35,418 bases of DNA from an uncultured Bacilli bacterium (GTDB taxonomy: Bacteria; Bacillota_I; Bacilli_A; RF39; UBA660). The translations under genes and the position numbers were made by a program. The stretch covers positions 1 to 35,418 of the forward strand of contig CANRLQ010000001.1 in NCBI GenBank assembly GCA_947631525.1. The letters are read 5' to 3'. Positions within the stretch are counted from its first letter, which is position 1, and every line of letters begins with the position of its first letter. The notes beneath the pieces were generated by a model. That model ran no database searches and was not told the origin of the DNA. It saw only the letters and a program-made list of their open reading frames with translations. Of the stretch, positions 23,834 through 33,041 are shown piece after piece.

Positions 23834-25417
23834 TCATTTTACTTTATACCTATATATATCATTTCTTATATTAAAATTCAATGTAATAGAATCGGCTTTT
23901 TCTATCTCTTTGTTTACTTCTATATAAAACTCATTTTCATAATTTATTTTAGTAGGGTTAACTCTCCTAATTGTTGAGTTAAAAATTTTTGTTTCACCGT
24001 TTATTTTATACTCTATAGTAACAAAATAATTAATAAAATTATATAAATTTTTTAAATTTGGATTTTTATTATCGCCATCATAAACAACATTACCAACTAA
24101 TTTCATAATAGTTTTTTCATAATTATCTGTATAGCTTGGTACTAAATATTCATATGATTCATACATAATACCATCTAATGATTTAAAATCATAATAAACT
24201 GGCATTTTACTATTTATTTCAACTGAACTAATATTAATAGTTGCATTATTAACAATATCATTATTTATAACTAATTTATCATTTAATTCTACTTCTTTAT
24301 TAACACTTTGAATATTTAATTTTTTTGGATTAATATCTACTTTTATTTTTTTATTACTTCCAATATTATATATAAGTACCATTTCTTTATCAACATACTG
24401 ATTAGGAATTTCAAATACCATTATATAATCACTATAATGTTTCATATCAATATTTTGATCTTTATAAATATTTCCTATATCTAATAAGTCATTAGAGTAT
24501 TTTTCAGTATGATTAAAAGGTATGTTATTTACTAGTAATTGAAATTTTGATTGACTTAAGTAACTATCATTTGAATATTTACTTATTGCTTCCAATCTAA
24601 CTACTACAAGTGTATTATTTGTTATTATATTTTGATCATATTTTTGATTTGTTATAAAGGCATCATCAACTTTAATATTTAATGTACCTATATTAAAAAC
24701 TTCACCAACTTTATAGACCTTATTAATCACATTAGAATATAAATAAATAGATACCCCTATAACAATTATAAAAATTAAAGCCCCTGTTCTTATAAAAAAA
24801 CGATTTTCTTTATATACATACTTAATATTTCTGATATTTCTTTTTATATTTCTTTTTGCTTTATTAGTATCAACACTAACATCAAATTCAAATTCTTCAC
24901 TTTCTGTCCTAGAAATATCTAATTCTAAATCTTTACCAAAATTAAATTTTTTAACATCAAATCCAAGTGCTCTTAATATAAAGAAAATAGCACTTATAGT
25001 TTGAAGAATAAATAATATTAGTGATAAATCATCAATTGCTTTTAGTATTCTTATATCAACTACACCATTTTCAAGTATATTACATATAGAATATATGTAC
25101 ATATAACAACCTATAATTGATATATAAACAACCATGTTAAAAATATAAAAATGTATAGGTTTATGCTTCCATTTTAATAAATATATAATCATAGCAATTA
25201 AAATTATTACAAAAATAGGAATAATAAATAATAATGGATTAAATAATTGTTCTGTTAAATTAGATGTCGATATCAATGAACTAGATGTTGCATATTCATT
25301 AAAAAATGATAGAATATTATTTGTTTTTATAACCAAATAAATACTAAGTATAGTTAGTATTAAATGAATAAATCTAAAATTTTTAATCAGAATTTTATAT
25401 GGTTTTTTTAGTACCAT
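23834..25417 (-). CDS. 5-TM membrane protein with an acidic cytoplasmic loop and a ~295-aa ectodomain, cassette B
   Basis: 527 aa with RBS GGGGGA. The N-terminal 230 aa are about two-thirds identical by eye to 16763..18337. It shares EYLVPSYTDNYEKTI and the tail NIRN.IYRYK.K. Confidence 0.65.
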   Translation of the reverse strand: MVLKKPYKILIKNFRFIHLILTILSIYLVIKTNNILSFFNEYATSSSLISTSNLTEQLFNPLLFIIPIFVIILIAMIIYLLKWKHKPIHFYIFNMVVYISIIGCYMYIYSICNILENGVVDIRILKAIDDLSLILFILQTISAIFFILRALGFDVKKFNFGKDLELDISRTESEEFEFDVSVDTNKAKRNIKRNIRNIKYVYKENRFFIRTGALIFIIVIGVSIYLYSNVINKVYKVGEVFNIGTLNIKVDDAFITNQKYDQNIITNNTLVVVRLEAISKYSNDSYLSQSKFQLLVNNIPFNHTEKYSNDLLDIGNIYKDQNIDMKHYSDYIMVFEIPNQYVDKEMVLIYNIGSNKKIKVDINPKKLNIQSVNKEVELNDKLVINNDIVNNATINISSVEINSKMPVYYDFKSLDGIMYESYEYLVPSYTDNYEKTIMKLVGNVVYDGDNKNPNLKNLYNFINYFVTIEYKINGETKIFNSTIRRVNPTKINYENEFYIEVNKEIEKADSITLNFNIRNDIYRYKVK

Positions 25418-25442
25418 AGTGCCATCCCCCTACCTTTTACTA

Positions 25443-25448
25443 ATTATA
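25443..25448 (-). promoter_or_regulatory. candidate -10 (TATAAT) for the first gene of the accessory block
   Basis: The reverse complement is TATAAT, 26 nt upstream of ATG 25417. No convincing -35 is present. Confidence 0.3.
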
Positions 25449-25515
25449 GTATAACTTATTTTAAAAAAAAATAAAAGACATTTTTTATCTTTTATTTATA
25501 ATTACCTATTTTAAA

Positions 25516-26226
25516 TTACAAATTTTTAAATATATCACCCATATTTTCATTAAATACTAAGGTTGCTAAAGAATCAAATGGAGTTTTATCTTTATTTATC
25601 AATATCAAATTATTGCCTTTAAAATATCTTACTAAGCTAGCAGCTGGATAAACTGTCAATGATGTCCCAGCTACTATTAATGTATCACAATTACGAATAT
25701 AATTAATAGCTTGTTCAAATGTTTCATCTAAAGGTTCTTCATATAACACAACATCTGGTTTTATTATTCCTCCACATTCACATCTAGGTATATCTTTAGA
25801 GTTAAAAATATATTCAGCATCATAAAATTTATTACACTTAATACAATGATTTCTATATATTGAACCATGTATTTCTAATACATTTTTACTATTTGCTTTA
25901 GTATGTAAACCATCAATATTTTGTGTTATAATGCATTTTAATTTTCCTTTTTTTTCTAATTCACTTAGTTTTAAATGTGTAATATTTGGTTTTATATTTA
26001 AAGAATTCATTTTATCTTTATAAAATTTATAAAAATATTTTGTATTATCATAAAAAAATGAATGGCTTAATATTTGTTCTGGTGGATAATCATATTTTTG
26101 ATTATAAAGACCGTCCTTACTACGAAAATCAGGTATACCACTTTCTGTGGATACTCCTGCTCCTCCAAAGAAGACTATATTTTTACTATTATTTATTATT
26201 TGTTTTAATCTATCAATATCTTTCAT
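25516..26226 (-). CDS. cobB: NAD-dependent protein deacylase, canonical SIR2/CobB family
   Basis: Sirtuin motifs GAGVSTESGIPDFRS and TQNIDGLH are present with the catalytic H in EIHGS. The zinc ribbon is CIKC...CECGG. Confidence 0.85.
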   Translation of the reverse strand: MKDIDRLKQIINNSKNIVFFGGAGVSTESGIPDFRSKDGLYNQKYDYPPEQILSHSFFYDNTKYFYKFYKDKMNSLNIKPNITHLKLSELEKKGKLKCIITQNIDGLHTKANSKNVLEIHGSIYRNHCIKCNKFYDAEYIFNSKDIPRCECGGIIKPDVVLYEEPLDETFEQAINYIRNCDTLIVAGTSLTVYPAASLVRYFKGNNLILINKDKTPFDSLATLVFNENMGDIFKNL

Positions 26227-26238
26227 AAAATCTCTTTT

Positions 26239-27375
26239 CTACATCTTTTTTATTTTAATATCTAGTACATCACTAATATCAATATCATTTACTAATGTAA
26301 GTTCTTCATCAGTAGAAATAACCCTTAAAATTAAATTAATTAAATTTTCTACTTTATTTCTACTAATTAAATCTTCTTTATCTACTATATGATTATACCA
26401 TTTTTTATCTAATTCATATCTATTTAATTCTCTTTTTAATTTATCACCTTTTAAATTTTCTAATTTTTTTAATGATTCTAAATCCCATTTTTTAGCAAAT
26501 TTTTCTTTCTCATAATTACTCAATAATTCATGATAACGATACGATAAAACTTGTAAAGTAGGTACTTTTATATTTTTTATATTTTTATCTTTTAATATTT
26601 CAATAAATAACATTAATGAATAAACAAAACCAGGATGAATATTAGGATTTTCTATATCTTTATTTAATTTGTATAATAATCTTTCTACTTTAGAAATTTT
26701 ATTTTTATAAAAATCATTTTGTATACCATATATATAACATGTGTCATTCATTATTCCATAAAATATATGAGGTAATGAATGATAGTTGTAATTTTCATCA
26801 TATATTTTAAAAGTTATTTTATTACTTGCTTCATCCCATGTTGTACCAAGTTCATTTTTAACTTTAACATCATAGCCATAAAATTCTTTAATTTTTGTTT
26901 CTAATCTATAATCAATAAATAAGCTATTTTTAATAAATTCTAATTCTTTAAATAAAAATTTTTCAACATTATTAAAATCTTCTACTCCCATTCGTAACCA
27001 AATTCTTCTTAAAACCCAATTAAGTAAATCCTTACAACTAATTTTTAAATCATATAAACTATATAAATTATATAAATTATTAGTTAAATCCGTTAAATAT
27101 TGAAAAAATTCGGTAGTATTTTTTACATATATAGTTGGACAATTAGTATCATTTTGATTATTTATATTAATTTTTTCCAAATCTTCTTTTTTTATATTTG
27201 AAATTGAATGACCTTTTTTTTCATATGGACTATTCATTATATTATAAAATAAATCAAAATCTTTATTAGGAAATATTATATTAAATTTTGAGGTTTCAAC
27301 TTCATTTATTATATCCGACATTGCACTATTTATAAACATTTCAACGGTTTCTTTAAAAGTTACTGAATTATCCAT
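26239..27375 (-). CDS. hypothetical protein (378 aa), co-transcribed with the sirtuin
   Basis: Long ORF. I prefer the second ATG at 27375 because the first abuts the GGAG. I recognise no motif. It ends 12 nt upstream of the cobB start. Confidence 0.6.
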   Translation of the reverse strand: MDNSVTFKETVEMFINSAMSDIINEVETSKFNIIFPNKDFDLFYNIMNSPYEKKGHSISNIKKEDLEKININNQNDTNCPTIYVKNTTEFFQYLTDLTNNLYNLYSLYDLKISCKDLLNWVLRRIWLRMGVEDFNNVEKFLFKELEFIKNSLFIDYRLETKIKEFYGYDVKVKNELGTTWDEASNKITFKIYDENYNYHSLPHIFYGIMNDTCYIYGIQNDFYKNKISKVERLLYKLNKDIENPNIHPGFVYSLMLFIEILKDKNIKNIKVPTLQVLSYRYHELLSNYEKEKFAKKWDLESLKKLENLKGDKLKRELNRYELDKKWYNHIVDKEDLISRNKVENLINLILRVISTDEELTLVNDIDISDVLDIKIKKM

Positions 27376-27401
27376 AAAATACATCTCCTTATTGGTGTTG
27401 T

Positions 27402-27430
27402 ATTTTATTACTTTATAACTTATTTGTCAA
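27402..27430 (-). promoter_or_regulatory. sigma-A-type promoter (TTGACA, 17-nt spacer, TAAAAT) for the unknown-gene/cobB operon
   Basis: The reverse complement of 27425..27430 is TTGACA and of 27402..27407 is TAAAAT, with a 17-nt spacer. Confidence 0.55.
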
Positions 27431-27549
27431 CTTATTATACACTTCATATTATGTATTAATTTAATAATTAAGTATAATTTTTTATATTAGTTAGCATATA
27501 TATCTTAATTACTATTTATATATTATTTTTTGTATTTTTAGTATTTTAA

Positions 27550-28773
27550 CTAATTTTTTCGTAATAACAAACATACACACTCAACATGATATGTATATGT
27601 AAACATATCAAAAGGTGTTATTTCAATCACTTCATAATAATCTTTTAATACTTCTAAATCTCTAGCAAGAGTTATTGGATCACATGAAACATAAACAATT
27701 TTTTTAGCTTTTGAATTAATTAAATAATTAATTGTTTTTTTATCTAATCCACTTCTAGGTGGATCTACTATAACACTATTAAAATCGTCCTTAATTTTAT
27801 CAATTTTTGAAGCATCTAAACATTCAAAAGTAATATTTTTTATATTATTTATTTTTTTATTATAATTTGCATCATCTATTGCAAACTTATTTATTTCAAT
27901 TCCTTTAACACTTGATACATAATTACTAATATATATTCCAATTGTTCCAGTACCGCAATATAAATCTAATACCTTATCATTACTATTAGGTTTTAAGTAG
28001 TCAAGAACTTTATCATATAAATTTTTAGCTTGAAGTGTATTAACTTGAAAAAATGAATCAGGTGATATCTTATATATGTAATTACCTATTTTATCTTCAA
28101 TAAATCCTTTACCAAATAGTACATAATATTTTTTATCTTGATAAATAATAATATTATCAACTACATCTTTTAAATTTTCTAAAAAGTATTTTTCATTTAT
28201 AGAATCTTTTGTTTTTAAAATTATCATTTTATCATTATTATAATTAGAAACTCTAATAACAACTTCATAAACATTATTTAAATTTATTTTTTTTAATTTT
28301 TTTAATATATCGTTGATTACTGGTAAAGCTATATAACATGTATCAATATCAATAATATCAAAACTTTTTTTAGCATAATATCCTATTTTATTATCAACAT
28401 GTAAAGTTATTTTATTTCTATAATTTTTATTATTATTACCTACAATTGGTTTAATTATATGTAAAGGTAGACTAGTAAATTTATCAATAATTTGTCTAAT
28501 CTTATTTTCTTTATAAATAAGTTCATCAGGGTATGCTAAATGCATCAAATCACATCCACCACATTTTATAAAATATGGACAAATAGGTTCTACTCTTTTA
28601 TTAGAAGTTACAAAATATTTTGTAACTTTTCCTTCCATAATTTTTTTATTTTCTTTTAATATTTCGACATCAACTTCTTCTGAAGGTAAAGCATTATAAA
28701 CAAAAATGGTTTTATTATTAATTTTGCCTATTCCTCGACCTTGATGATCTAATCTTTCTATTTTTACTTTCAT
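27550..28773 (-). CDS. rlmCD: 23S rRNA (uracil-C5)-methyltransferase, RumA/RlmCD family
   Basis: TRAM-like N-terminus; Fe-S cysteines CPYFIKCGGCDLMH; SAM motif LDLYCGTGTIG; also VDPPRSGL, VYVSCDP and the tail FDMFTYTYHVECV. I prefer the ATG at 28773 after the GGAG. Confidence 0.85.
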   Translation of the reverse strand: MKVKIERLDHQGRGIGKINNKTIFVYNALPSEEVDVEILKENKKIMEGKVTKYFVTSNKRVEPICPYFIKCGGCDLMHLAYPDELIYKENKIRQIIDKFTSLPLHIIKPIVGNNNKNYRNKITLHVDNKIGYYAKKSFDIIDIDTCYIALPVINDILKKLKKINLNNVYEVVIRVSNYNNDKMIILKTKDSINEKYFLENLKDVVDNIIIYQDKKYYVLFGKGFIEDKIGNYIYKISPDSFFQVNTLQAKNLYDKVLDYLKPNSNDKVLDLYCGTGTIGIYISNYVSSVKGIEINKFAIDDANYNKKINNIKNITFECLDASKIDKIKDDFNSVIVDPPRSGLDKKTINYLINSKAKKIVYVSCDPITLARDLEVLKDYYEVIEITPFDMFTYTYHVECVCLLLRKN

Positions 28774-28797
28774 AATTATCTCCAAAATTTATATTTT

Positions 28798-29232
28798 TTA
28801 TTTTATTTTTATTTTAGTTTTATTAGTATACAAATTACTAGATAATGAATTATTTGATATGTTTTTCTTTTCATTAAATTTTTTAATTAATTTTTTATGA
28901 TATTCATTTAACTGTGAAACCACCATATCACTTTTAATTAAATATGATGATTTTGGAACAACATTTAATACTGTAATTATTTTTTTTAATTCATAAGCAC
29001 TCATTAAATATCGCCCACAAATACTAGAATAATTTCTTACAAATTCTTCCATATGATCAAGCTCAATATATTTAGAAAAAATTTTTATAATATCTTCATT
29101 TTTAGAAAAATTTTCTACTGACATAAAATAATAAAAATCTGTCCTATTTAATTTTACACAAGCATCATCTGATAATTTCATTAATTCATCATAAGAAATT
29201 ATAGTTTCTTTTTTATACTTATCACTACTCAC
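28798..29232 (-). CDS. hypothetical protein (144 aa)
   Basis: ORF only, with a GTG start and a weak RBS. It lies 12 nt upstream of the methyltransferase gene. Confidence 0.4.
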   Translation of the reverse strand: MSSDKYKKETIISYDELMKLSDDACVKLNRTDFYYFMSVENFSKNEDIIKIFSKYIELDHMEEFVRNYSSICGRYLMSAYELKKIITVLNVVPKSSYLIKSDMVVSQLNEYHKKLIKKFNEKKNISNNSLSSNLYTNKTKIKIK

Positions 29233-29325
29233 TACTTAAACACATCCATTCATTTATTATTTCTATCTATATTTTATCATATATTTCAATATTTTGGAAA
29301 TAATAGAAATAAATGAGGGATACGT

Positions 29326-30789
29326 ATGAAAATAGAAAAAAGTATTGAAAAAAATATTAACATCATTAAAAGTGCCTATGGTAATAGTAATGATTTAGTA
29401 AACAGAAATATAAATATTGGAAGAAAAAAAATTGCTTATGTCTACTTAGAAAGTGTAAGTAGTGATGATAAAATAAGTGATTTTTTAATGAAAAATATAA
29501 GTAGTTTAGTAAAAGAAAATAGTCTAAATCCTTTTAAAGACTTATTTAAAAATTTAAAAAATACTATTTATAATAGTAATTTATCAACTACTAATAATTT
29601 TGATGAATTATATTATAAATTATCATCAGGATTTACTTGTATACTAGTTGAAGGTTTTGATGAAGTAATTACTATTGAAACTAGGTCTATATTAGATAGA
29701 GGAGTCACTGAATCAGCTACCGAATCAGTATTAAGAGGTCCAAAAGATAGCTTTACGGAAAATCATGAAAAAAATTTAGGTTTAATTAGAAAAAGAATTA
29801 AAGATCAAAATCTATGGTTTAAGGATTTAAAAATAGGAAGAAGAACCAAAACAAAAGTTACAATTAGTTATATTCAAGATATAGCTTTAAAAGAAAATAT
29901 TGAAAAAATTGAAAAAGATTTAAAAAAAATAGATATTGATGGAGTATTAGATAGTGGTTATATAAGAGAATTCTTAACTACTAATACAAAATCAGCTTTC
30001 CCACAAATGATAAGTACTGAAAGACCTGACTTAGTATGTGGTTCTCTTTTAGAAGGAAAAATTGTAATTCTTGTAGAAAATAGTCCTTGCGCACTAATAT
30101 TACCAGGATTATTAATTGATTTTTTACATACAGCAGAAGATTATTATCAAAAACCAATTAATATAAGCTTAACAAGAATACTTAGACTTTTAAGTTTTGT
30201 TCTTACAATAATTACACCTGGATTTTATATTGCTGTCACGACGTGGAATCAAGAGGTAATACCAAACGAATTATTAATATCACTATCAATTCAAAAAAAT
30301 GGTGTTCCTTTTCCAACAACCTTAGAACTAATGTTGATGATAGCCATTTTTGAAATATTACGTGAAGCTGATATAAGAATGCCTAATACAACTGGTGCAT
30401 CTATAAGCATCGTTGGAGCCTTAATTTTAGGTGAAGCTGCTGTAAGTGCAGGAGTCGTTTCACCTATTGTTATAATAGTTGTTGCTTTTACATCTATATC
30501 AGGTCTTTTATATACAGATGTAGATTTTATCAATGGAATTAGATGGTGGAGATTAATATTTATTATATTCTCAACTTTGCTCGGTTTTATTGGTTTAATT
30601 ATAGCTTTACTCATATTTATAGTAAGAATATGTAGTATTGAATTTTTAAATACACCTTATACCGTACCATCAAGTCCTATTTTCCCTAAAATACTTGGAG
30701 ATTCATTTATACGAATATCTAGAACTAAACAAAAAGTTAGGGCACCTTATTTAACACATAATAAAAAGAGAATGGAGGAACATAAATGA
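29326..30789 (+). CDS. spore germination protein, GerA (A subunit) family
   Basis: 487 aa with a soluble N-terminal region followed by 4-5 C-terminal TMs. It is the first gene of an A-C-B operon. RBS GAGGGA. Confidence 0.8.
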   Translation: MKIEKSIEKNINIIKSAYGNSNDLVNRNINIGRKKIAYVYLESVSSDDKISDFLMKNISSLVKENSLNPFKDLFKNLKNTIYNSNLSTTNNFDELYYKLSSGFTCILVEGFDEVITIETRSILDRGVTESATESVLRGPKDSFTENHEKNLGLIRKRIKDQNLWFKDLKIGRRTKTKVTISYIQDIALKENIEKIEKDLKKIDIDGVLDSGYIREFLTTNTKSAFPQMISTERPDLVCGSLLEGKIVILVENSPCALILPGLLIDFLHTAEDYYQKPINISLTRILRLLSFVLTIITPGFYIAVTTWNQEVIPNELLISLSIQKNGVPFPTTLELMLMIAIFEILREADIRMPNTTGASISIVGALILGEAAVSAGVVSPIVIIVVAFTSISGLLYTDVDFINGIRWWRLIFIIFSTLLGFIGLIIALLIFIVRICSIEFLNTPYTVPSSPIFPKILGDSFIRISRTKQKVRAPYLTHNKKRMEEHK

Positions 30790-31958
30790 AAAAATTAATA
30801 CTTATAATTCCTATTATTCTCTTATTTTCTGGATGTACTAATTATAAGGAACTAAATAATATTGCTATTGTAACAGGTATAGCAATTGATGTAGAGGATG
30901 ATAAATATGAAGTAAGTATCTTAATATCGAATTCACAAAAACCTGATGAAAGTTCTAAAGAAGGAGATGCTGGAACTATTTTATATAGTGGTAAAGGGAA
31001 AAATATATCTATGGCTTTAAAAAAAATAGACAATATTATCCCAAAACAAATTTATCTTGGGCATTTAGCAGTCGTAGTAGTATCAGAAGATGTTTCTAAA
31101 AAAGGCCTAGATAAAGTTAGTGATTATCTTTTTAGGAGTCCTGAAACAACTAAACAATTTTATATTATAATGACACGTGAAAATGAAAAAGCTAAAGATG
31201 TTTTAAAAATTTTATCACCATTAGAATCATTTCCATCACAAAATATAAAAAATAATATCGATAATGCGAATAATAGTAGTGCTATATCGGATAATCTAAA
31301 TTACAGTCGTTTTGTGGAAATTTATTTAAAAAAAGGAGCTGAACCATATCTACCAACTATAAAAATATATGGTAATGAGAAAAAAGGAAGTAGCAGCAAA
31401 GCTCTTGAATCAGTTGATTTAAAAGCCTATGTTAGTCTTAAAGGATTAGCTTTATTTAAGGGTTCAAAATTTGTTGATTTTGCTAGTGATGATGAAAGTA
31501 GAGGTATTAATGTAGTAAATGGAAATACAACAAAAATGATAATAGAAACGAAATGTGGTGATGGATATATAATAACAGCTATTTCTAATTTAAAAACAAA
31601 AAAGAAAATTAAATTTGAAAATAATGAACCTGTTGTTTATTTAGATGTTAGTGCAAAAGGTGATATCCAAGAAATAACATGTGATGTAAATTTAAATAAG
31701 CAAGGAAATATTGAAAAAATAGGTAAAAAAACAGAAAACAAATTGAAATCATTATTAAATCAAGGTATCCAAAAAGCTAAAGATAATAATACAGATGTCT
31801 TTGGTTTTGGAAATTTAGTGTATAAAAAAAATCCTAAATATTTTAATTCAATCAATGATTGGAATGAAAAATTTAGTAATATAAAAATCAAATCAAAAAT
31901 AACAGTTTATATGAAATCAAAAGGTTCAATAAAACAATCATTAAAGGCGGCTAGATAA
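30786..31958 (+). CDS. germinant receptor C subunit lipoprotein, Ger(x)C family
   Basis: The lipobox is LLFSGC. TNYKELNNIAIVTGIAIDVEDDKYEVSILISN is typical of GerxC N-termini. An ATGA overlap joins it to the A subunit. Confidence 0.8.
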   Translation: MKKLILIIPIILLFSGCTNYKELNNIAIVTGIAIDVEDDKYEVSILISNSQKPDESSKEGDAGTILYSGKGKNISMALKKIDNIIPKQIYLGHLAVVVVSEDVSKKGLDKVSDYLFRSPETTKQFYIIMTRENEKAKDVLKILSPLESFPSQNIKNNIDNANNSSAISDNLNYSRFVEIYLKKGAEPYLPTIKIYGNEKKGSSSKALESVDLKAYVSLKGLALFKGSKFVDFASDDESRGINVVNGNTTKMIIETKCGDGYIITAISNLKTKKKIKFENNEPVVYLDVSAKGDIQEITCDVNLNKQGNIEKIGKKTENKLKSLLNQGIQKAKDNNTDVFGFGNLVYKKNPKYFNSINDWNEKFSNIKIKSKITVYMKSKGSIKQSLKAAR

Positions 31959-33041
31959 ATGAAAACAATAAATAAAATTACAAGTCTTGAATATGGAATA
32001 CTAATTTATTTTTTAATTAGATCAATGACATTAGGAATTGCAGTAAATTCCTATATACATATCGGTGGGGTTGATGGTTATCTATCACCATTTATTGGTA
32101 TGATAATTGGTTTTATTCCTTTATATATTTTTATTAAATTGCTTAATTACAAACCAGATTTAAATATATTTGAAAAAATAGATTTTATATTTGGTAAAAA
32201 AATTGGTACCTTTTTAAATATAATTATAACTGGATTTATTTTATTTTTAGTAACAGTTGTTTTTTGGAATTTATTAAATTTTATAGGTTCTCAATATTTA
32301 TATAAAACATCTATATTATATGTATCAATATTTTTTGGTATTTGCTTTTGCTACACATGTACTAAAAGATTAGTTGTTCTTGTAAGAGCATCTAACTTAT
32401 TATTTTATATATCTATTATTATATTTTTTATATGCTTAATAGGCCTTATAGGTAATCCAAAATTAAACAATTTATTACCTTTCTTAGAGTACGGAATTAA
32501 AAAACCGTTACTAAGTTCTCTATCACATGTAGCATATACTATATTACCTTTATTCATATTATTAATAATTCCTAAAAATGATATTAGAAACAAAGACAAA
32601 TTAAATAAAATGATTATACTATTTTATTGTTTAGCTAATATTGGAAAATTTATTGTTACATTTTTAACAATTTTTGGAATAGATTTAGCTAAATTATATG
32701 AATTCCCTGATTTTGTTCTTTTAAGAAGAATATCAACAACAGGATTTTTTCAAAGATTTGAAAGTATCCTTGCAACACAGTGGATATTTGATTTATTTAT
32801 AATGATATCAATGTGTTTCTACTTTGCAAAATCTTCATATAAACATTTATTTAAAAATAAATACGATAACTATTTCATATTGGTAATTATTTTTACAATT
32901 TGTATTATATGTAGTAATTTCTTATTTAAAAGCAATACTATTGGAGATAATTTTATACTATATAAACTTCCATTTATTTTAGGTATATTTTTATTTATAA
33001 TACCACTAATTATTTTTATAAAATCAAGAAAAAAAGCTTAA
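31959..33041 (+). CDS. germinant receptor B subunit (APC-type permease-like), GerAB family
   Basis: 360 aa with about 10 TM helices. It starts directly after the C-subunit stop. Confidence 0.75.
   Translation: MKTINKITSLEYGILIYFLIRSMTLGIAVNSYIHIGGVDGYLSPFIGMIIGFIPLYIFIKLLNYKPDLNIFEKIDFIFGKKIGTFLNIIITGFILFLVTVVFWNLLNFIGSQYLYKTSILYVSIFFGICFCYTCTKRLVVLVRASNLLFYISIIIFFICLIGLIGNPKLNNLLPFLEYGIKKPLLSSLSHVAYTILPLFILLIIPKNDIRNKDKLNKMIILFYCLANIGKFIVTFLTIFGIDLAKLYEFPDFVLLRRISTTGFFQRFESILATQWIFDLFIMISMCFYFAKSSYKHLFKNKYDNYFILVIIFTICIICSNFLFKSNTIGDNFILYKLPFILGIFLFIIPLIIFIKSRKKA

Larger units (their letters stand above)
18564..25417 (-). repeat. cassette B of the tandem four-gene duplication
   Basis: Gene-by-gene paralogy with 11885..18337. 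Its giant gene is split by a frameshift. Confidence 0.8.

Noticed and set aside
25516-26226. The SIR2 protein as the effector of an anti-phage defence system (Thoeris, DSR or SIR2-HerA type).
   Set aside because: It is short (236 aa). It retains the full canonical sirtuin motif set and the Zn-binding CxxC...CxC ribbon. It has no fused sensor domain and no HerA, TIR or Argonaute neighbour.
29233-29325. A forespore (sigma-G type) promoter for the ger operon and a divergent promoter for the 144-aa gene.
   Set aside because: The region is nearly pure A/T and several hexamers fit loosely. I could not single out a match good enough to report.
1588-32599. Short track ORFs (60-107 aa) lying antisense to, or nested in, the long genes. 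Examples are 1588..1785, 2333..2545, 6741..6923, 7459..7698, 8837..9019, 10962..11165, 11444..11701, 12880..13098, 13465..13656, 15858..16073, 16930..17133, 19254..19439, 20249..20458, 25986..26228, 26147..26392, 30291..30614, 30842..31033 and 32405..32599.
   Set aside because: All overlap well-supported genes, lack an RBS, and have the L/I/F/Y-rich composition expected from the antisense of AT-rich coding DNA.
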